Positions 47,143 to 52,208 of a stretch of 52,208 nt of DNA are shown here, in pieces. The stretch is from an uncultured Treponema sp. (GTDB lineage: Bacteria; Bacillota_I; Bacilli_A; Acholeplasmatales; Anaeroplasmataceae). Made by a program: the position numbers and the translations under genes. Numbering within the stretch: the first letter of the stretch is position 1; each line of letters begins with the position of its first letter. The notes below the pieces were generated by a model. The model searched no databases. It saw only the letters and a program-made list of their open reading frames with translations, and was not told the origin of the DNA. The stretch is from positions 1 through 52,208 of the forward strand of contig CAVGYR010000001.1 in the NCBI GenBank assembly GCA_963633325.1, read 5' to 3'.

Positions 47143-50100
47143 TTATTTAAAAATGATTCTTTTTTTATAACTAGGTGACATTCTAGAAAGTATTAATCGT
47201 TTTGTATTTGGATTAGTTTCTCCATTATAAAATTTAGCTAATTGACTATCATCAAATGTATAACCCATATTTAACATTCTAGCAAGAGAACCCTTATCGC
47301 TAGCAGCAATTGCTGCAATTCTAGATTGATTATCTTCAAATGCACTTCTACCAGCAGTATAGAAATTAGTCCATGCTTTACTTAATCCACTAAGATTTGT
47401 TGAAATGTTTTGTGCTTTAGCCATAGAATTTGCATTTTGAGCAGCAATAGCAGCATTTTTAATTTGAGCAACTTGATTAAAGTAATTATTCTTAGCAGCA
47501 GCATTTCTAGCGCGAACATTCTGTTCATTTGCAGCAGCTTGATTTCTAAGTTCTACCTCTTTATTACTCTTTTCATCAAACAATTTATTAGTTTCAGTCA
47601 AAGCATCAACATCTGCTTTTTGCATACGACTTAAACTAGTTTGAGCACTAGAAGTATTTCCTTTAATTAAATTTCTTGTATTCAATCTATTTCTTTCTAC
47701 AGCAGCTCGTTGCGCTTCATTATGATATGTAGTATCGAATGCTACAGGACTTTCATCTACATAACTAGGTAAAGCATAATTGTAGTTTAAATTGTCATAT
47801 GCTGAGTTACCTATAATCATACTTCCTAATGCACTTAATGTATCAATTCCTAAGCCTACATAATCTCCAGGTTTAAATATAGTATTTGAATTATTATTTA
47901 CATTAAATGAGCCATTTACATCATAATCATTATCTATTAAACTAGGTCCTTTATATACAATAGGATTACTTATTGTAGGAGTAAAGCCAGTAATAGGATT
48001 ATTCATCATCGAATTATAATGTATATTTGCTAAAGATTGAAGATTTGCATTAGTTTTATTGTATGGAGGATTTATTTGGTCATTAAGATAATAAGTATTA
48101 GTACCAATAAGTGCTTTAGGTCTCATACCTCTTATAGGGAGGCTATAACCACCAAAACGTTTAGCTATTCTACGGGAACCGTATCTTCTATTCTGTGCTT
48201 CTTTTTTTTCGTCAGTTTCTTTATCGGTAGTATATCTATTATACTTACCTGCATTATATTTAAATGTCTTAGCACCATTACCTCTAGCTTCATCAAATGC
48301 GTCATTAAAATTATCACCTACACGAGAATAATCTCCTTCACCATATATTTTATTACCTTTATATTTACCATTTTCATCATAATCGTATCTTATTTTTAAT
48401 GTAGTATCAAATATGGAATTACCTCTTCTAACATAAACCCTATTGTTAATATTTTTAGTTTGATTATCGTGAAATCCACTAATAATGTCAGATTTATTAC
48501 TTTGTTTACTATTAGTGTTAGGTTTAGAATTATTATTTTGTTTATTCTTACTATTAGTATTATTACTTTGTTTATTATTGCTATTAGAAGTTTCTGTAGG
48601 TTTAGCTATATATTGAGATATAGGTTTGCCGTGAGCATCTAATTGAGTATTAGATTTAGTTTTATTATTTGATTTAGATTTATTTGTTGGAATAAATTCT
48701 GTTGCAAGTTTAAATCCACTTGCTGCTGTTCCAGCTCCAGTAGTCCAAAACAAAGCCTTTTTTAATTTATCGTTTATAGATTGATTAGGATTAGGAATAA
48801 AATTCTTATAATTATTAGCATTATTACTTGACTTAAACTTATTTTTTATTCCTTCTTTAATACCATCTTTAGTTGTATTTATTTTTTCTTTAATAGTATT
48901 TCTAACATCATTTCCTTTTGCTTTAATATTAGCTATACCTCTACTTAAACCAGATTTAAGTTGTTCACTAGTTTTGAAATTTGTATCAGGAAGCACATTA
49001 GTTAATTTTTGTCTAGAAACATCCATGGAACGTTTAATAGTATTTATAACACGATTTCCAACAGAAGAAGAAGTATATAAAAATGGATTTGCCCCATTAG
49101 TCATATTTTTAGCTAATATAGGAGTCATTAATTCTTCACTTTTATAAGTTGGATTATAAAGTGCTTTACTTTTACCTACAGGAACTTTAATTCCTAAATT
49201 ATTATAATAATCTTTGATAGATTTAATAGTATGTTTTGCTACTTCTCTATTTTGAGAGTTAATAGCTGTTTGTCTAACCTCACTAGCGTCCTTAACAAAT
49301 TGCTCAATTTTTGCTGGAGATGTTCCTCTAAACATAGGAAGAGCTACTGCATCTACATTATTTTCTGTATTGTCTGGATCACTTCCCATACCAGTAAGTT
49401 GATAAATATCTCTAAGCATCGGTTTATATGCAGATGGATCAACTAAACCACTTTCATATAAAATAGATGCTAAAATGTTATTCTTTCTATTTTTTGCTGA
49501 CCAATTCGATATTGGAGTTAAAAAACTTTTATCACTTTCATATATATGATATGGATTATCTACACTTTCGACTTTAGTTCCAATTTTAGCTTTCTTTCTA
49601 AGTTCAGGATATTTGTTATAAATTTTACTTCTAATATCGCTTCTTCCATGAAGTCCTGCTAATCGTAAAGCATCAATAGCATCAGATTTAGTTGGAATAG
49701 GATAAGTACGATTAGCACCTGCAAAATCATCAACTGATACATTAGGATATGGATGAATAGAAGAGCCTCTATCTTTAGATGTTAATCCTCCATAACGTTT
49801 TGATTTATCAATAAAATTTTGTATCACATTATCTGCCCCAGGAACTAAAGTAGAATATACTTTAGATTTATCGTATGCATTTTTAGCATTAATCATTTTA
49901 CGAGCATTAATTATATTTTTATTAACTTCGTATGCACGTTTAGCATTTCTAAATAATTTTGCTCCTCTAATTATACTTCCAGCACCAGCTAAATCCCCCA
50001 TTGCTCTAAGAACGGTCCAAGCCCCTTGTTCGATACTAGGATGTTTATAAAATTCATAAGCATCTTGTATAGTACCAATAACAGGTAAATAAGAACTTAC

Positions 50101-50766
50101 AGTTTTAGCAGCATTAATATAATCGTTGGTTCCTAATTCTGCTTTTCTTCCATCGTCTTTAATTCCATTAACTTTCTTAAATCTTTGTTGAGCATTAAAC
50201 ACAGCATCTTTATTATAACCTCTCATTACAGCTTGAGCAGGGCTTACACCGCCAAGTATAGGTTGAGCTGAATATATACGTAGAGAGTTGCCCTTACGTT
50301 GAGCAACTTCACCACCTTCAGCTTCTATTTGATTACCACCCACATTGATACCTATACCAGTCTGACCAGTTTCATTAATATCCTCGTGAGAACCTCCCCG
50401 TAGAAGGTATGTGTTGTTTCCTATTTTTTTAGCGTTACCACCATCAGTTATTGAAATATTATTATTACCTAGATGTTTAACTCCGCCAATTCTATATTTA
50501 AGGTCATAATTTTCAGAATTAGCATAAGAATCATTTGCGCTAGCTGCATTATTTAATGTACTAGCTAATTGATTATCTCTTGTAATTTGTGCCTGTTGCC
50601 TAGCTAATTCTTGTTGCTGTTCTAAAGCTCGTTTTTGTGCTCTAGCTTGAGCACTAGTTGTGATTAAACCTCCAACAGTAGATATTGTTGAACTAATCAA
50701 TGAAGGAATAACAGAACCCCAAAATGCTTGAGGTCTATTACTAATTCTTATTCTTTGTTTATTCAT
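47143..50766 (-). CDS. large hypothetical virion-module protein
   Basis: 1,207-aa ORF with an N-terminal hydrophobic segment (VIPSLISSTISTVGGLITT), an Asn/Lys/Ser low-complexity tract (about nt 48490-48690) and a Gln/Ala/Asn-rich, probably coiled, C-terminus. Confidence 0.6.
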   Translation of the reverse strand: MNKQRIRISNRPQAFWGSVIPSLISSTISTVGGLITTSAQARAQKRALEQQQELARQQAQITRDNQLASTLNNAASANDSYANSENYDLKYRIGGVKHLGNNNISITDGGNAKKIGNNTYLLRGGSHEDINETGQTGIGINVGGNQIEAEGGEVAQRKGNSLRIYSAQPILGGVSPAQAVMRGYNKDAVFNAQQRFKKVNGIKDDGRKAELGTNDYINAAKTVSSYLPVIGTIQDAYEFYKHPSIEQGAWTVLRAMGDLAGAGSIIRGAKLFRNAKRAYEVNKNIINARKMINAKNAYDKSKVYSTLVPGADNVIQNFIDKSKRYGGLTSKDRGSSIHPYPNVSVDDFAGANRTYPIPTKSDAIDALRLAGLHGRSDIRSKIYNKYPELRKKAKIGTKVESVDNPYHIYESDKSFLTPISNWSAKNRKNNILASILYESGLVDPSAYKPMLRDIYQLTGMGSDPDNTENNVDAVALPMFRGTSPAKIEQFVKDASEVRQTAINSQNREVAKHTIKSIKDYYNNLGIKVPVGKSKALYNPTYKSEELMTPILAKNMTNGANPFLYTSSSVGNRVINTIKRSMDVSRQKLTNVLPDTNFKTSEQLKSGLSRGIANIKAKGNDVRNTIKEKINTTKDGIKEGIKNKFKSSNNANNYKNFIPNPNQSINDKLKKALFWTTGAGTAASGFKLATEFIPTNKSKSNNKTKSNTQLDAHGKPISQYIAKPTETSNSNNKQSNNTNSKNKQNNNSKPNTNSKQSNKSDIISGFHDNQTKNINNRVYVRRGNSIFDTTLKIRYDYDENGKYKGNKIYGEGDYSRVGDNFNDAFDEARGNGAKTFKYNAGKYNRYTTDKETDEKKEAQNRRYGSRRIAKRFGGYSLPIRGMRPKALIGTNTYYLNDQINPPYNKTNANLQSLANIHYNSMMNNPITGFTPTISNPIVYKGPSLIDNDYDVNGSFNVNNNSNTIFKPGDYVGLGIDTLSALGSMIIGNSAYDNLNYNYALPSYVDESPVAFDTTYHNEAQRAAVERNRLNTRNLIKGNTSSAQTSLSRMQKADVDALTETNKLFDEKSNKEVELRNQAAANEQNVRARNAAAKNNYFNQVAQIKNAAIAAQNANSMAKAQNISTNLSGLSKAWTNFYTAGRSAFEDNQSRIAAIAASDKGSLARMLNMGYTFDDSQLAKFYNGETNPNTKRLILSRMSPSYKKRIIFK
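48165..48177 (-). repeat. GC-rich dispersed motif copy 12 (CTATTCTACGGGA on + strand, 2 mismatches)
   Basis: Read directly. Inside the 1,207-aa ORF, sense translation GSRRI. Confidence 0.45.
50396..50408 (+). repeat. GC-rich dispersed motif copy 13 (CCCCGTAGAAGGT, 11/13)
   Basis: Read directly. Inside the 1,207-aa ORF, sense translation LLRGG. Confidence 0.7.
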
Positions 50767-50769
50767 AAT

Positions 50770-52208
50770 TTAATAGGGATTTGTTATAAATGTTACATCT
50801 TCGAGTTTAACTCTGTCTTCATTTTCACTATTATCAAATATAAATCTAGCAACAATATATTTTCCATAAATTAAACTTTTATTGTCACCAGGATTATTTT
50901 CAAATCTTTTTCTTAATGTTTCGTCATCTATTTCTTTAGTCATATAAGTATTAGTAGTTGAATCATAATAAACTGCTATGAATTTACCATTTTCAATTAC
51001 TCTATCGACATCATTTCTAAAATAATTAAAACTCCAATATCCTTTTTGAAATGAAGGTAACTTATAATTATTTAATAAATTAGTATCACCTTTATCGTTA
51101 ATATTAATCGCTCCACTATAAGTTTCGTCACTATACAAAATTATACTATTACCACTAAATCGTCTATTAAGTAGTTGTTCAGCTGGATTATTAATATTAA
51201 ATTTATCTTTAATTTTACTCAAGATATAATGTATACTTTCTAATACCTTTGTATCTTGAGAATTTATAGAATAAATAATATCTATATAGTTTTTATAAAT
51301 AGCATCACTTAATGATTTAGTAATATAAATAAATCCATCAATAGGATTTTTACCTGCATTATAAGCAAATGTAGATATGTTTGAAACATATATATGATCG
51401 TTTATCAAATAAACATTCATAGCTTGAATCCTATCTTTATCTTGTAATTTAAGTTTGGATGTATATTCTTTACCAGATTCATATGTTATTTCTTCATTTA
51501 TTGAATACAGTGTTTTAGTAATGGTTGTATCCGCATTAACTATAGTAACTTCATTTTCTATATGTTTTATTGTAGGAGTTTCAATATTTGGCTTTAGAGT
51601 TACTTCATATTTTTCTGACCATGTTTTATTTTCTATATATAAAGTTATAGATACTTGTGAAGTAACTTTGGATTCAATAATAAGTTTATAATCATTTTCA
51701 TTACTTCTATCTGTTATCTTTTTATCAGTAATTTTAGAACCATCTATAGGAATACTAAATAATTCTACTTCATATTGAATATAAATTCCTTTAGTATTTA
51801 TATTGTTTTTTATAACAATATTATCTCCTTCTCTAAATACATCAGGTATAGCATAAACAACTTCGCTAGGGTCAACAGGAGGTTCTGGATAATGTTCTAC
51901 ATTTATCGTTCTTTTATTACCTAAACTATATAAATCAATGCTATATCTAAAAGCAGCAAAGCCGATGGTTCTATGGTCAAAACATAATGTTTTACCATCA
52001 TCATCGTAATTATCAGGATTGAAATATCTAATATAAGGTACAAATTCATTTTCAAAAATACTTAAATCTATAACATCATTTATAGATTGATGTTTATCTT
52101 TATCATGATTTATTTCTATTTTATTTATAGCGTCTTTATTGTATCTTAATTTATTTGTAGTAAATACTATTTCATCGTTTTCAATCACATTAGCATATAA
52201 AACTACAT
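50770..52208 (-). CDS. hypothetical virion-module protein, probably 5'-truncated by the window edge
   Basis: The ORF track starts at a GTG at 52188, but the frame stays open (..VVLYAN-VIEND..) up to position 52208. The true start may lie outside the window. Confidence 0.55.
   Translation of the reverse strand, partial: VVLYANVIENDEIVFTTNKLRYNKDAINKIEINHDKDKHQSINDVIDLSIFENEFVPYIRYFNPDNYDDDGKTLCFDHRTIGFAAFRYSIDLYSLGNKRTINVEHYPEPPVDPSEVVYAIPDVFREGDNIVIKNNINTKGIYIQYEVELFSIPIDGSKITDKKITDRSNENDYKLIIESKVTSQVSITLYIENKTWSEKYEVTLKPNIETPTIKHIENEVTIVNADTTITKTLYSINEEITYESGKEYTSKLKLQDKDRIQAMNVYLINDHIYVSNISTFAYNAGKNPIDGFIYITKSLSDAIYKNYIDIIYSINSQDTKVLESIHYILSKIKDKFNINNPAEQLLNRRFSGNSIILYSDETYSGAININDKGDTNLLNNYKLPSFQKGYWSFNYFRNDVDRVIENGKFIAVYYDSTTNTYMTKEIDDETLRKRFENNPGDNKSLIYGKYIVARFIFDNSENEDRVKLEDVTFITNPY

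Noticed and set aside
24159-51691. Short + strand ORFs of 60-136 aa inside the giant - strand ORFs. Examples are 24159..24401, 24596..24835, 28461..28730, 29237..29608, 32402..32671, 33810..34109, 36242..36496, 43692..43934, 45257..45442, 45548..45760, 46650..46901, 47410..47634, 48037..48399, 48460..48642, 49231..49446 and 51455..51691.
   Set aside because: They are antisense to very long uninterrupted ORFs. Their hydrophobic low-complexity translations show no independent support.
1-52208. CRISPR arrays, rRNA or tRNA genes, integrase or transposase genes, DGR reverse transcriptase, introns or inteins, and stop-codon reassignment
   Set aside because: I saw no spaced direct-repeat array and no structured RNA gene. 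I found no recombinase or RT motifs (YxDD). The polymerase, ligase, helicase and giant ORFs are uninterrupted under the standard code, so recoding or intervening sequences need not be invoked in this window.

Overview
AT-rich 52.2-kb window with the architecture of a crAss-like (Crassvirales-type) Bacteroidota phage. It shows no cellular housekeeping genes, rRNA, tRNA, CRISPR array, integrase or transposase. Two gene modules converge at 22396-22675. (1) The + strand (13-22395) holds about 30 tightly packed, often ATGA-overlapping genes for replication, recombination and nucleotide metabolism. Motif-supported calls are an SF1 Dda/RecD-like helicase, family B DNA polymerase, ATP-dependent DNA ligase, ThyX and dUTPase. 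Weaker calls are UDG-like, Toprim primase-like, SSB with a DMPF acidic tip, RecT-like, Gp157-like, DUF932, DUF1599-like, PLC-like phosphodiesterase and a thioredoxin-fold protein. (2) The - strand (22676-52208) holds six very large ORFs. One is a 4,680-aa ORF with a DFDID motif, of the kind that defines the virion-packaged two-barrel RNA polymerase of crAss-like phages. Another is a 2,390-aa ORF with an HExxH zincin motif. The other four are 383 to 1,207 aa (the last runs off the window) and have no domains I can recognise. Several intrinsic terminator hairpins are visible. The most unusual signal is a GC-rich 13-mer, CCCCGTAGAAGAG. I found 13 copies (5 exact) across both modules, in different reading frames and in intergenic DNA, with strictly alternating orientation. 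Two copies lie back to back and form a 12-bp hairpin at 21297-21337. All functional calls rest on motifs read by eye and on synteny. No database search was possible.
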